Positions 27,223 to 36,810 of a stretch of DNA of 64,000 nucleotides are shown one piece after another (position 1 is the stretch's first letter; each line of letters starts with the position of its first letter). The DNA is from Candidatus Auribacterota bacterium. Lineage in GTDB: Bacteria; Auribacterota; Tritonobacteria; UBA1439. The translations under genes were made by a program, and so were the position numbers. The notes under the pieces are model-generated. The model made no database searches and had not been told where the DNA came from. It worked only from the letters and a program-made list of their open reading frames with translations. Where the stretch lies: assembly GCA_026392035.1 (NCBI GenBank), contig JAPLCX010000108.1, forward strand, positions 4,634 to 68,633, given 5' to 3'.

Positions 27223-28614
27223 TCAGCTTACTGGGGATACACGCGCGATGGTTATGGTGAAAGAACTCCCGGTGCCGTGGCTGCTCGTTGCGGTGATTTC
27301 TCCGCCATGTGCCCGTACGATCGCCTGGGCGAGGCTGAGCCCAAGCCCATTCCCCGGCGTGGAGCGGCTTTTGTCTCCACGGTAGAAGCGCTCGAAGACA
27401 TGGGGCAGGTCCCGTTGATTTATTCCGATGCCCGAGTCGGCGACAGAGATGTGCACATTCGTGCGATTAGCTTTGGCGGAAATTGCCAATCGCCCCCCCT
27501 CGGGGGTATATTTTATGGCATTGTCTACCAGGTGTGCTAATGCCCGTTGGAGACGTGATAAATCACCCAGGGTGAAAAGCGTTTCCGGTGGGACATCAAT
27601 GTCAAAAAGGATACCCTTATCTTCCGCAAGGGGGCGGAATAATTCATGAGCGGTCTTGACAAGGGTGGTCAAATCGACGAGGGTTTTCGGTAATGTGGCA
27701 GATCCCGATTCAGTTTCTGCAATTTCCAGTGTGGTATTGATCATTCCCATGAGACGGTCGCATTCTTCAATAATTATTCCCGTCATTTCCTGATATGCAT
27801 CAATGTGCGGTGGGGCGGTCAATGTCGTCTCAGCGATGCCGCGAATCCGCGTGAGCGGGCTGCGGATATCGTGCGCGATGCCGTTGGTCACTTCTTGTAG
27901 CTCTGTGACAAGCGACTGAATCCGCTCCAACATGTTGTTAAACGCCGTGGCAAGATCGGCAATCTCCCTGCCTTCGTCGCCGAGTGCGACGCGCAGGGCA
28001 AAATCCCCTTTCCCAATGCGCGTCGCGAACCGTGTAACGCGTTCAACGCCGCGCATGGCCTTCTTGGCCATATACAATCCCACGACGCCACCGAGGAGCA
28101 GCATCGCGGAGATGCCGGTCTCGAAGATTATTCGATAATGCGCAATCAGTTCATCATCGTCCTTGCGCGTATAACCAATTTGGATGACGGTGCCGCGAGC
28201 CGCTTTCTTGTATATGACTCTGGTGTCGTGAGGGTGGCCGGGCAGAGAGATGGTTTTGAACAGCGCGGTATCCGAACGCAGGTTCGCCCATTCGGGGGGC
28301 ATGGGATCGAGCCCCGTCCATCCGCTCAGATCAGAGGAAATGCATTCCGCGGACCGGGGGGAGAGAAGCCTGAAGAACACCCTCTTCGTGCCCTCCGACT
28401 CCGCTTCCCTGCGGAATTCATCCCCCAATGCCGCAGCCCCTTGGGTCTGATAGATGATTTCGAATTCTCTTGCTTCATTGAGGAGGGACTCATCCATCCG
28501 CTGGCTGAGATTTGTTTTCAGCATGGCATAAATGATGGTGAAGGCGGTGAGTGATAATACGGCGAAGAGAGCCGTATACCATAGCGTGAGACGAGAGGAA
28601 ACACTAGAGAGCAT
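27223..28614 (-). CDS. Two-component sensor histidine kinase (HAMP-HisKA-HATPase)
   Basis: H-box HDIRSPLTRIRG, N/G1/G2 boxes (LVDNAIKYT, DSGIGI, GNGLGLSLA), two TM helices flanking a periplasmic domain. Confidence 0.85.
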   Translation of the reverse strand: MLSSVSSRLTLWYTALFAVLSLTAFTIIYAMLKTNLSQRMDESLLNEAREFEIIYQTQGAAALGDEFRREAESEGTKRVFFRLLSPRSAECISSDLSGWTGLDPMPPEWANLRSDTALFKTISLPGHPHDTRVIYKKAARGTVIQIGYTRKDDDELIAHYRIIFETGISAMLLLGGVVGLYMAKKAMRGVERVTRFATRIGKGDFALRVALGDEGREIADLATAFNNMLERIQSLVTELQEVTNGIAHDIRSPLTRIRGIAETTLTAPPHIDAYQEMTGIIIEECDRLMGMINTTLEIAETESGSATLPKTLVDLTTLVKTAHELFRPLAEDKGILFDIDVPPETLFTLGDLSRLQRALAHLVDNAIKYTPEGGRLAISAKANRTNVHISVADSGIGINQRDLPHVFERFYRGDKSRSTPGNGLGLSLAQAIVRAHGGEITATSSHGTGSSFTITIARVSPVS

Positions 28615-29293
28615 GATGCGCTTTCTCCTCGATCACATAACCGACACCGCGAATGGTATGGATGAGCGTGGGCTCGAACGATCGGTCGATCTTATCTCGG
28701 AGGCGGCAGATTCGCGCCTCAATGATGTTCGTGTGGGGGTCGAACTGATAATCCCACACGTGCTCCATGATCATTGTTTTTGAAACGACCCGTCCTGTAT
28801 TGCGCATGAGATACTCAAGCAGCGCGAATTCCCGTGGCTGAAGCTCGATTTCTTTCTCCGAGCGGAAGACTTTCCGCTTGAGGAGATCGATCGTCAGGTT
28901 GCCCACCGTGAGGCTCGTTGGTTCGGCGACGGACGTGGCCCTGCGAATGAGGGATTGAATACGCGCCAGCAACTCGGAGAATGCAAAAGGCTTGACGAGA
29001 TAGTCATCCCCTCCGGCGTGGAGGCCTGTGATACGATCATCGACAGAACTTTTTGCACTGAGGACGATGACGGGAGTCTTGTTCTTTCTTTTTCGCAGTT
29101 CATTCACCAATGCCAGCCCGTCCATTTTGGGGAGCATGATATCGACCACGGCGGCATCATAGGATTGTGTGAGCGCCTGATGCAGGCCCGATTCGCCATC
29201 AGTGGCGTGATTCACAATAAAGCAGGCCTGTTTCAGACCCTTGATTATGAAAGATGCCGTCCGCGTATCATCCTCAACGAGGAGAATTCTCAT
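28604..29293 (-). CDS. OmpR-family response regulator
   Basis: Receiver motifs (LLVEDD ... D ... K) and C-terminal winged-helix (trans_reg_C). Start set at MRILLVEDD. Overlaps the kinase start. Confidence 0.85.
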   Translation of the reverse strand: MRILLVEDDTRTASFIIKGLKQACFIVNHATDGESGLHQALTQSYDAAVVDIMLPKMDGLALVNELRKRKNKTPVIVLSAKSSVDDRITGLHAGGDDYLVKPFAFSELLARIQSLIRRATSVAEPTSLTVGNLTIDLLKRKVFRSEKEIELQPREFALLEYLMRNTGRVVSKTMIMEHVWDYQFDPHTNIIEARICRLRDKIDRSFEPTLIHTIRGVGYVIEEKAHHAL

Positions 29294-29592
29294 GCGCATC
29301 CTCAACTGTGTGGCTATACGTTGGCAGGTTTTGTTCTAGGATAGCACAATGCGGCACGCCTGTCGATTTATCGCATGCCCGGGAGTGCGGAGGAATGGAG
29401 CAGATCGTTATGAGCGACAGAAATGGTTCCATGTTGACTCCGACCTTCAATTTTCGTTCCTGCTTTTGATAGAATGTCGGTAATTTACAAGACGCGAACC
29501 CTGAAACATGTTCGGCGAGCAATGAGAGTTGGCCGCGGGAACAACGGTACGATAGGCGGTTATAGATAGTGGATCGGCACGGAGGAACGCAA

Positions 29593-31779
29593 ATGCGCAA
29601 GACGGTGCAAATTCTCGCGGGGCTCGCCGCTGGCGTCCTCTGCGGGCTGTTTTTTGGAGACATGTGCCGGGTCCTCGAGCCCGTCGGGACCGCCTTTATC
29701 AAGCTCATGCAGATGGCGGTGATCCCCTACGTGGTGGTGTCGCTGATCGGCAGCATCGGCGATCTGAACAAGTCGGAAGCCAAAAAGGTCGCGCGGAAGG
29801 GCGGGTTGCTCCTGGTATCCCTCTGGATTCTGGGAATCGTCATTTTCTTTTCCATGCAGTTCGCCTTCCCGCCGCGGATGAGCGCCTCATTCTACAGCGC
29901 AGGCGAGGTCACCCGTCCGGAGCCGGTCAACCTGGTTGACACCTTCATCCCCGCCAACCCGTTCAGGGCCCTCGCCGACGGGATACTGCCGGCGATCGTC
30001 CTCTTTTCAGTCTTCCTCGGCGTCGCGCTCATCGGGGCGAAAGAAAAAAAACCGCTCCTCGATATACTTGGCATCCTTACGGCGTCCCTGTCCCGCATCA
30101 TGGGATTCATCATGGCGATCGTGCCGTACGGCGTCTTCGCCGTCACCGCCCACGCCGTGGGTACGCTCTCGTTTGAGACGCTCTACCTGCTCCAATTTTT
30201 CTGCGAGTCCTACCTCGTGCTCAATCTGGTTTTGATATTTGCCGTTCTCCCCCTGTTCCTCTCCCTCTTCACGGGCTTCCGCTACAGGGATATTATCTAC
30301 GCATGCGGCGGCGCGCTGGTCCTCTCGTTCTCGGCGCAGAAGACGTTTATCGCCCTCCCCCTGATCGAACGGGGCGTGCGGGAGCTCTTTGCGAAAGATC
30401 AGGCCGGGGAGGCGAAGGCGGGCACCTATGCCGAGGTGCTGCTCCCCATCGCCTACAACTTCCCCACCTATGGCGACTTCGCGCCATTCCTGTTTGTCAT
30501 TTTCGTGGGCTGGCTCTATGATGCACCGCTGAGCATCGCCCGACAGCTCCACTGCGCCCTCGCCGGCGTTTTCAGTTTCTTCGGGTCCTCAAAAGCGGCC
30601 GTCCCTTTCTTGCTGACGCTCGCGCGCCTGCCGGAGGACGCGTATGAGCTGTACATCAGTTCCTCCGCGCTCAACAGCCATTTCGGCGCCGCGCTTTCGT
30701 GCATGTTCCTCTTCTCATTCACCGCAGCCTGCGTCGCCCTTCTTTCGGGCGCCTTCAGGGTGCGGCTGCGGAGGGTTGTATCCACCGCCGCTGTCCTCAT
30801 CGTCGTGCTCGCAACAGCCATCGCGGGCCTTCGACTCGGCTTCTCGCACCTGTTGAGGGGCGCCTACCGCGGCGATGAGGCCGTGGCGGGGAAGGAAATG
30901 CCCACGCTGGCAGACGGTACGAGGATCTCCGATACGGTATCAGCGAAGGTGTATCGCACCATCGAGGAGTTCAGATCGCAGCATCCGCATGGGGATGATG
31001 ACTCTCATGACGTCCTCGAACGCATCAAGGATCGCGGCGCGCTGCGCGTCGGCTACAACGAGGACGCCCTCCCCTTTGCCTTCTTCAACAAGAAGAGGGA
31101 GCTCGTCGGCTACGACGCGCAGATGGCATATGAGCTGGCATCTTTCATGGGCGTCCAGCGGGTGGAGTTCATCCCCATCATCTATGGGGAACTTGACGAA
31201 GCCCTCAACAGCGGACGATGCGATATCATCATGGCCGGTGCCGTCATCACTCCGGAGCGGCTCAAGAAGATGAAATTTTCTTCGTCCCACATGACGTCGC
31301 ACCTCGCATTTGTGGTTCCTGATTATCGGAAGGATGAATTTTCTTCGCTGGAAGATGTCCGCGAGAGGAATGATGTGACAATTGCGGTGATGAAGGGGAC
31401 AGCCAGCGAGGAGATTCTGCCTCACCTGTTCCCGCGGGCGCGCGTCGTCCGGCTTGATGCCGACAGGGATTTTTTCTCAGGCAAGAAAGGGGACGCGCTC
31501 CTCACGACAGAGGAGGAGGGAGCGCCCTGGACACTCCTGTACCCGTTCTATCGCGTCGCCGCGTTCGGACCGCACGAGGGCGCAAAGTATCTGCACGCAT
31601 ACCCGGTCGCGATGGATAGCGATGAATCATTCCTGCGCTTCGTGAACGCCTTCCTTGACATGCAGCGGGCGCACGGAGCGCTCCAGCAGAAGTACGAATA
31701 CTGGGTCCTGGGGAAGAACCCGTACAGGAAGCGCCAGCGCTGGTCGGTGATAAGGGATGTGCTGCACTGGGTGAAGTAG
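29593..31779 (+). CDS. Fusion of a DAACS-like (dicarboxylate/amino-acid:cation symporter family) membrane domain with a C-terminal family-3 periplasmic solute-binding domain
   Basis: Membrane half resembles GltP-type symporters. C-terminal half ALRVGYNEDALPFAFFNKKRELVGYDAQMAYELASFMG is an SBP_bac_3 fold. GGAGG RBS before the internal ATG. Confidence 0.7.
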   Translation: MRKTVQILAGLAAGVLCGLFFGDMCRVLEPVGTAFIKLMQMAVIPYVVVSLIGSIGDLNKSEAKKVARKGGLLLVSLWILGIVIFFSMQFAFPPRMSASFYSAGEVTRPEPVNLVDTFIPANPFRALADGILPAIVLFSVFLGVALIGAKEKKPLLDILGILTASLSRIMGFIMAIVPYGVFAVTAHAVGTLSFETLYLLQFFCESYLVLNLVLIFAVLPLFLSLFTGFRYRDIIYACGGALVLSFSAQKTFIALPLIERGVRELFAKDQAGEAKAGTYAEVLLPIAYNFPTYGDFAPFLFVIFVGWLYDAPLSIARQLHCALAGVFSFFGSSKAAVPFLLTLARLPEDAYELYISSSALNSHFGAALSCMFLFSFTAACVALLSGAFRVRLRRVVSTAAVLIVVLATAIAGLRLGFSHLLRGAYRGDEAVAGKEMPTLADGTRISDTVSAKVYRTIEEFRSQHPHGDDDSHDVLERIKDRGALRVGYNEDALPFAFFNKKRELVGYDAQMAYELASFMGVQRVEFIPIIYGELDEALNSGRCDIIMAGAVITPERLKKMKFSSSHMTSHLAFVVPDYRKDEFSSLEDVRERNDVTIAVMKGTASEEILPHLFPRARVVRLDADRDFFSGKKGDALLTTEEEGAPWTLLYPFYRVAAFGPHEGAKYLHAYPVAMDSDESFLRFVNAFLDMQRAHGALQQKYEYWVLGKNPYRKRQRWSVIRDVLHWVK

Positions 31780-31883
31780 GTGATGAGCGGCAAAAAGGGA
31801 GATGTGCCCCCATCATCTGCATGGGAAGAGTTCCCAGAGACGTATGTAGCAAGATATTCTGTGACGCCCCTGTACGAGGCTAA

Positions 31884-32129
31884 TTACTTTGCGGTAGCTT
31901 CTGTTCTCAGCGGTACCACTTCTCCATTTATGACAAAGTTCTCCCCCGTAAGTCTGCTTACGACATAAACAAGATCTTTGACGGCCATGTCCCCCATGTT
32001 AAGCGAAGCCATCAATTGTCTCTGATCAGTGTCGTAAAAAACCACAGCCTTCTCTTCACCGCGGACCGGCTGAATAGAGCACATTGTGGTGATTGTTATT
32101 GCGGCAGCGATGAGCACGGTGCTTTTCAT
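31884..32129 (-). CDS. Small secreted protein with STN-like (secretin/TonB N-terminal) motif
   Basis: Signal peptide MKSTVLIAAAITITTMCS. AVKDLVYVVSRLTGENFVI resembles the STN motif. The upstream 83 codons of the listed ORF are trimmed. Confidence 0.35.
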   Translation of the reverse strand: MKSTVLIAAAITITTMCSIQPVRGEEKAVVFYDTDQRQLMASLNMGDMAVKDLVYVVSRLTGENFVINGEVVPLRTEATAK

Positions 32130-32269
32130 GAGACAACCTCTTTTCGCAACTTCCGCAATATTGCCCGCCATGTTGTCTAAGCGGGGGGCATGTTGTATTT
32201 CCCATAGCAGATATACGCGGCAAAAATCTTTTTGTTTGCTGAAAACTGCAATAAAAGCTGTTCTGGCAT

Positions 32270-33290
32270 CGTGGTCTCTAGACGCTTTATGTAATATACA
32301 GCCGATCAACTGGTTATGATGCAAATTTGCACCTTGCAAGATATACGCCATAACTCTTTCTTTTGAAGCTGGTTGCATAAAGCGTCTACAATATCTATAG
32401 ACGTTTTACGTAACTGCCTGCTGGTGAACGAATTGCAGTGCAAATCGATCACACCGTAAAAATGCAGGAATAAATTTCTCCTCTGCTTCGTCTAATGATA
32501 TGGAGAGTGTAAAATGCCCTCATATGCCAGGAGATATCAATTGGAGAGGTCGCTGATTTACCACGCGTTCAACAGGAGCAATATGCGCGTTCCCATTTTC
32601 CACACGGATGATGATTACCTCCATTTTATGAAGCTATTGAAAAAATATAGCGAGAGGTTCTTTTTAAAAATATACCACTGGGTAATTCTCTCAAACCATT
32701 TTCACATTTTATTTCAACTTAAGGATGCGCTGATGGTTCCAAAAGTTATGGCGGGGCTGGATCGCTCGTACACGCACTATCACCACAGAAATTATGGAAG
32801 CTCCGGCTTCCTCTGGCAGGGCAGGTTCAAACTTCAGGCGGTGCAGAAAGAACGTTACTTGATTGCATGTGGCAGGTACATCGAGAGGAATCCGGTGCGC
32901 GCGGGATGCGTTCAAAATGCGTGGGAATATCCATACAGCAGCGCGCGCTTTTACTGCATGGGGCTATCGGACAACATCACAAGCGAGGATCCCGCATATG
33001 AGGGATCCGGACTCGACCGTGCTCAGAGATCGCAGGGTTATCGCAATTTTCTGCAAGACGATGATGCAGCTGAGGAATCGCTGTTTCGCAATAATGAAGC
33101 ACCTCTGGGTGATGAATGGTTTGTGGCACGCTTGCAGAAAATAGCCGGCCGCTATTATCCTCAGCGAAAAGGAAGATTGCGGAGGGAAGATTGTCGCATG
33201 GCGAGATGATCGCATGGTGATACAGTTGAAGAGCGTTATGGAATGAGAGGTGATACCATGACACTGCAACTGGTTTTGCAATATGTCTAG
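32270..33290 (+). mobile_element. IS200/IS605-family-like single-ORF element: hairpin-rich left end, HUH Y1 transposase, hairpin-containing right end
   Basis: Perfect 14-bp inverted repeat CTAGACGCTTTATG / CATAAAGCGTCTAC (32279-32292 / 32376-32389). Further palindromes at 32321-32332, 32385-32403 and 32432-32442. A hairpin at 33264-33280 follows the gene. Confidence 0.55.
32514..33209 (+). CDS. HUH-superfamily Y1 tyrosine transposase (IS200-like / REP-associated RAYT-like), 231 aa
   Basis: HUH motif NHFHILFQL. Catalytic-Tyr region YTHYHHRNYGSSGFLWQGRFKLQAVQ. Conserved ERNPVRAG and WEYPYSS segments are typical of this family. Confidence 0.65.
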   Translation: MPSYARRYQLERSLIYHAFNRSNMRVPIFHTDDDYLHFMKLLKKYSERFFLKIYHWVILSNHFHILFQLKDALMVPKVMAGLDRSYTHYHHRNYGSSGFLWQGRFKLQAVQKERYLIACGRYIERNPVRAGCVQNAWEYPYSSARFYCMGLSDNITSEDPAYEGSGLDRAQRSQGYRNFLQDDDAAEESLFRNNEAPLGDEWFVARLQKIAGRYYPQRKGRLRREDCRMAR

Positions 33291-33784
33291 TCTGCTTCAA
33301 CCCTGGTGGCGGTGAGCTCGCGTGGGCCTGTCCATGTCCCCTCGCAATCTATGCGAGATCCGGGCGTCAGCCCTTCGAGCGTGATCGGCCTGTCGTGCGT
33401 ATCTTCAACAAGCGCAGTTGCGGGAACCTTGACCGTGACGCCGCTGACCGTCAGCGTCCGCGCGGCGTTGTCGCGAGATGCCAGCCGTCCTTCGATCTGA
33501 TCGACGACGGCGTGTTCCTGGTCGATCTCCCTCGCGGTCATTTCTCCGGCGCCGGTGAGGGTGCCGTCGACATCCACGCTGTCTCCCACCTTGAGGTCCG
33601 CGAGCGTGCATTTCATGTCGGCCAGGTTTTCGATCACCGCTCTTTTCGCGATGACCTTCACTCCGGAGACTTCAATCGTGCCGCCCGTGGCATCGATCGC
33701 GGTTATCTTCCCCTGGATACCGTCGTCCGCGTATGCCAGTGAAATCAACACCAGCACGAGGACGCAACACGCACATCCTTTCAT
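33287..33784 (-). CDS. Secreted protein with tandem DUF5666-like beta domains
   Basis: Signal peptide MKGCACCVLVLVLISLAYA after a GGAGG RBS. Repeated GxITAIDATGGTIEVSGVKV / GRLASRDNAARTLTVSGVTV units. Confidence 0.5.
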   Translation of the reverse strand: MKGCACCVLVLVLISLAYADDGIQGKITAIDATGGTIEVSGVKVIAKRAVIENLADMKCTLADLKVGDSVDVDGTLTGAGEMTAREIDQEHAVVDQIEGRLASRDNAARTLTVSGVTVKVPATALVEDTHDRPITLEGLTPGSRIDCEGTWTGPRELTATRVEAD

Positions 33785-33968
33785 GGTGCCCCTCCTTTTG
33801 TTGTTGTAAATTCGCTTATGATTATAGCACGCCCATCGCTGCGTCGATGGAATCTTTTTAGATGTGGCGCACTCTCCGCTCGGCAGAGGACGGGATTGAT
33901 AGCGACATGATAGAATAACGGGCGCCGGGATGGTTATTTGAATAGCAGCTAGACGGGATCCAGGAGAA

Positions 33969-35531
33969 GTGCACGTGACGCACCGGTTGCCGGCTGTTGA
34001 TATCGCAGTGTTGACCATCTACATGGTGGGCGTGGTCGCCTACGGCTGCTACTTTGTGCGGCGGAGCCGCGCCACGGACGCGTTCATGAGGGCGGGAGGA
34101 ACGCTCCCCGGCTGGATCGTCGGCCTCTCCATCTTCGGCACCTATGTCAGCAGCATCAGTTTTTTGGCGCTGCCCGGAAAAGCGTTCTCCGGCAACTGGA
34201 ACGCGTTCGCATTCAGCCTGGCCCTTCCGCTCGCGGCATGGGTCAGCGCCCGCTATTTCGTCCCGTTCTATCGAAACCGCGGCCACATCTCCGCGTACTA
34301 CCACCTCGAAAACAGGTTCGGCCTCTGGGCCCGCAGCTACGCCGTGTTCTGTTACCTGCTGACACAGATGGCGCGGGTGGGATCGATCATGTACCTGCTC
34401 GCGCTTCCCCTGAACGTGCTGCTCGGCTGGGAGATGCGGCTGATCATCCTTCTGACGGGAGGGCTCGTCACGCTCTACACGCTGCTGGGCGGCATCGAGG
34501 GGGTGATCTACACGGACGCGGTGCAGAGCATCGTGCTGATCGCGGGGGCGCTGGCGTGCGTGGTGCTGATCCCGCTCACCATGCCGGAGGGACCGTCACA
34601 GCTATTTCGCATCGCGATCCAGCATTACAAGTTCAGTCTCGGCAGCTTCGGGCCGAGCCTTGTCGAGTCCACCTTCTGGGTCGTGCTGCTCTACGGCATC
34701 TTCATGAACCTCCAGAATTTTGCGATCGACCAGAGCTACGTCCAGCGCTATCTGACGGCGAAATCAGAGCGCGAGGCGAAGAAGTCGGTCTGGCTCAGCG
34801 CGCTGCTCTATATTCCTGTGTCCGCATTCTTCTTTTTCATCGGCACGGCGCTCTTCGCCTACTACACCGCGCAGCCGGCGTTACTACCGGCGGCAATCCA
34901 GGCTGAGGCAGCCTCGGGCAAGGGGGACACGGTGTTCCCCTTTTTCATGGTGCACGCGCTGCCGCCCGGGATGGCGGGTCTCCTCATCGCCGCGGTCTTC
35001 GCAGCGGCGATGAGCACCATCAGCAGCAGCCTCAACTGCTCGGCCACGCTGACGCTCTGCGATGTGTACAGGCGCTTTATCAGGCCCGAGGCCGGGGAGC
35101 GGGAGTCGATGGGGGTCTTGTACGCGAGCACCTTCCTCTGGGGGCTCGTCGGGACGGGCGTCGCCCTCGCGATGATCCATATCAGGAGCGCCCTCGATAC
35201 GTGGTGGACGCTCTCGGGCATCTTCGGGGGGGGCATACTGGGGCTGTTTCTCCTCGGCTATATCGGACGCGGGGTGAAGGGCGCCGCGGCGATGGCGGCG
35301 GTGGCCGTCGGCGTCCTCGCCATCACCTGGATGACGCTCTCTCCCCATGCCGCGCGCCTGCCGGGATCATTGCGCAATCCGCTGAACCAGTTTATGATCC
35401 CGGTAGTGGGGACCGTGACCATCATGTTGGTCGGGTTTCTGCTCACGGCAATACTGAGCCGCAGACGCGGAACACAAATTACTCCCTCCGGGACTCCTCC
35501 CCTCAACAAAGGTTCCCGGTCCGACTCCTGA
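33969..35531 (+). CDS. Sodium:solute symporter (SSS family) transporter
   Basis: 13-TM SSF architecture with conserved GG..LPGWIVGLSIFGTYVSS and downstream motifs. Confidence 0.85.
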   Translation: MHVTHRLPAVDIAVLTIYMVGVVAYGCYFVRRSRATDAFMRAGGTLPGWIVGLSIFGTYVSSISFLALPGKAFSGNWNAFAFSLALPLAAWVSARYFVPFYRNRGHISAYYHLENRFGLWARSYAVFCYLLTQMARVGSIMYLLALPLNVLLGWEMRLIILLTGGLVTLYTLLGGIEGVIYTDAVQSIVLIAGALACVVLIPLTMPEGPSQLFRIAIQHYKFSLGSFGPSLVESTFWVVLLYGIFMNLQNFAIDQSYVQRYLTAKSEREAKKSVWLSALLYIPVSAFFFFIGTALFAYYTAQPALLPAAIQAEAASGKGDTVFPFFMVHALPPGMAGLLIAAVFAAAMSTISSSLNCSATLTLCDVYRRFIRPEAGERESMGVLYASTFLWGLVGTGVALAMIHIRSALDTWWTLSGIFGGGILGLFLLGYIGRGVKGAAAMAAVAVGVLAITWMTLSPHAARLPGSLRNPLNQFMIPVVGTVTIMLVGFLLTAILSRRRGTQITPSGTPPLNKGSRSDS

Positions 35532-35559
35532 GGCGGAATCGGGCGTCACGGCATGCATC

Positions 35560-35768
35560 AGCCTGAGGTCGCTTTTCACCGATACGACTCGCACCGGGGA
35601 CCTCGGCACGCCGAGGCCGATCCCCATTTCAGCGCAGACGGGCGTGAACTCAGCGAACGGTTTGAGCAGCTTCACCACGTCGCTCGATATCATCAGCCCG
35701 TTCCAGCGGCAGCTTTCAAACTCGATACATTTGCTGATGACCAGCTTCGGCTTTGCAAATGCTCCCAT
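35560..35768 (-). pseudogene. DUF523-family gene fragment (N-terminal ~70 aa only)
   Basis: MGAFAKPKLVISKCIEFESCRWNG...LLKPFAEFTPVCAEMGIGLGVPRSP matches the DUF523 N-terminus (K.K..VSACLLG..CRYDG...PVCPE..GGLP.PR). Similarity is lost where the ORF runs into the convergent SSS gene. Confidence 0.4.
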
Positions 35769-35872
35769 GGATACCCCCCGGTCTGACTTTCCCCCCGCCG
35801 ATTATGATTATACCATGCTCCCTGCCGGACTCTGGAGGGGTGACGGGGGATGAGACGGCGGCCCGCTCCTTT

Positions 35873-36733
35873 TCACTCAGGCTCGAGCCAGGCATCATCC
35901 TCTGAGGAGGAGGGCGCGTCCTCCTCGTCTGGCTCCTCCGCCTGCCTAGACATGCCGGGAGCCCGATTGGGAGTCGACGTCGGGGTCCGAAAGGGGAAGG
36001 TCTTGACCAACTCGTATTCCCGGGGCATCACGTTCTGATCGGAGCGGAGGAGCAGGACGTCATGGACGATGAACTCGGTGCTCTTCGGCGGACTGACGGG
36101 TGAGCTGAACACCCCCCGCAGCTTCTTCGGGTCGACTCGCGTGGTGTCCCAGGTGCCGACGCTCATGTGCCCTTTCCAGTCGTCGCCATAGTCGTAACGA
36201 TCGGAGTCGTACGCCACACCCTCGGCGTCGAGCGTATCGCGTACGAAGTCGGCCAGCGCCGTCAGCTTCGTCGCCGCATCCTCCTTGAGGCGGTAGACGA
36301 AGTAGCCGTTGTGCCACACCTCGAACTTCGACTGCCGCACGCTGTCAGCCAGGTTGAACGGCGTTACCTTCTTGTTGCCCACCACCTTCCACATTGATCC
36401 GATGACGGCGTCCACGGTCGCCTTGTCCCTCTTGCCGATCTGCTGGAGGGTAATGTGGAGCTTCTCCGGGGGCTGGGGTGTGATGGAATGGAGGGCAGCC
36501 GTATACTTCTTTTTGATCTGTTCCCCGATGTACTCCTGACGGTGCGTGACGCTTTCGACGATCGCCGTGTTGTCCACCCTGATGGCGAGGAAGTAGAGGT
36601 AGTCAGGCGCCTGCGTGAGCTTTGGCGACAACCGTTCACCGCGCACGATGTTTCCCGCGCTGAATGAGAAGCATGCAAGGATGGCTGCGGCGAGGACGAT
36701 GCAATATCTACCTGCACCCATAGAAGTTCTCAT
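35873..36733 (-). CDS. Secreted 2H-phosphoesterase-superfamily (LigT/CPDase-like) protein with acidic C-terminal tail
   Basis: Signal peptide. Two H-x-T/S-x motifs (LHITLQ and GHMSVGT) with the spacing expected for the 2H fold. Confidence 0.5.
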   Translation of the reverse strand: MRTSMGAGRYCIVLAAAILACFSFSAGNIVRGERLSPKLTQAPDYLYFLAIRVDNTAIVESVTHRQEYIGEQIKKKYTAALHSITPQPPEKLHITLQQIGKRDKATVDAVIGSMWKVVGNKKVTPFNLADSVRQSKFEVWHNGYFVYRLKEDAATKLTALADFVRDTLDAEGVAYDSDRYDYGDDWKGHMSVGTWDTTRVDPKKLRGVFSSPVSPPKSTEFIVHDVLLLRSDQNVMPREYELVKTFPFRTPTSTPNRAPGMSRQAEEPDEEDAPSSSEDDAWLEPE

Positions 36734-36810
36734 GACTATATCCTCCCCGGTGTGAGCTCACCGGTTTCTCGTCACAAGCAGATCTGCGCCTCTGGCGCGC
36801 CGCCAGTCCG

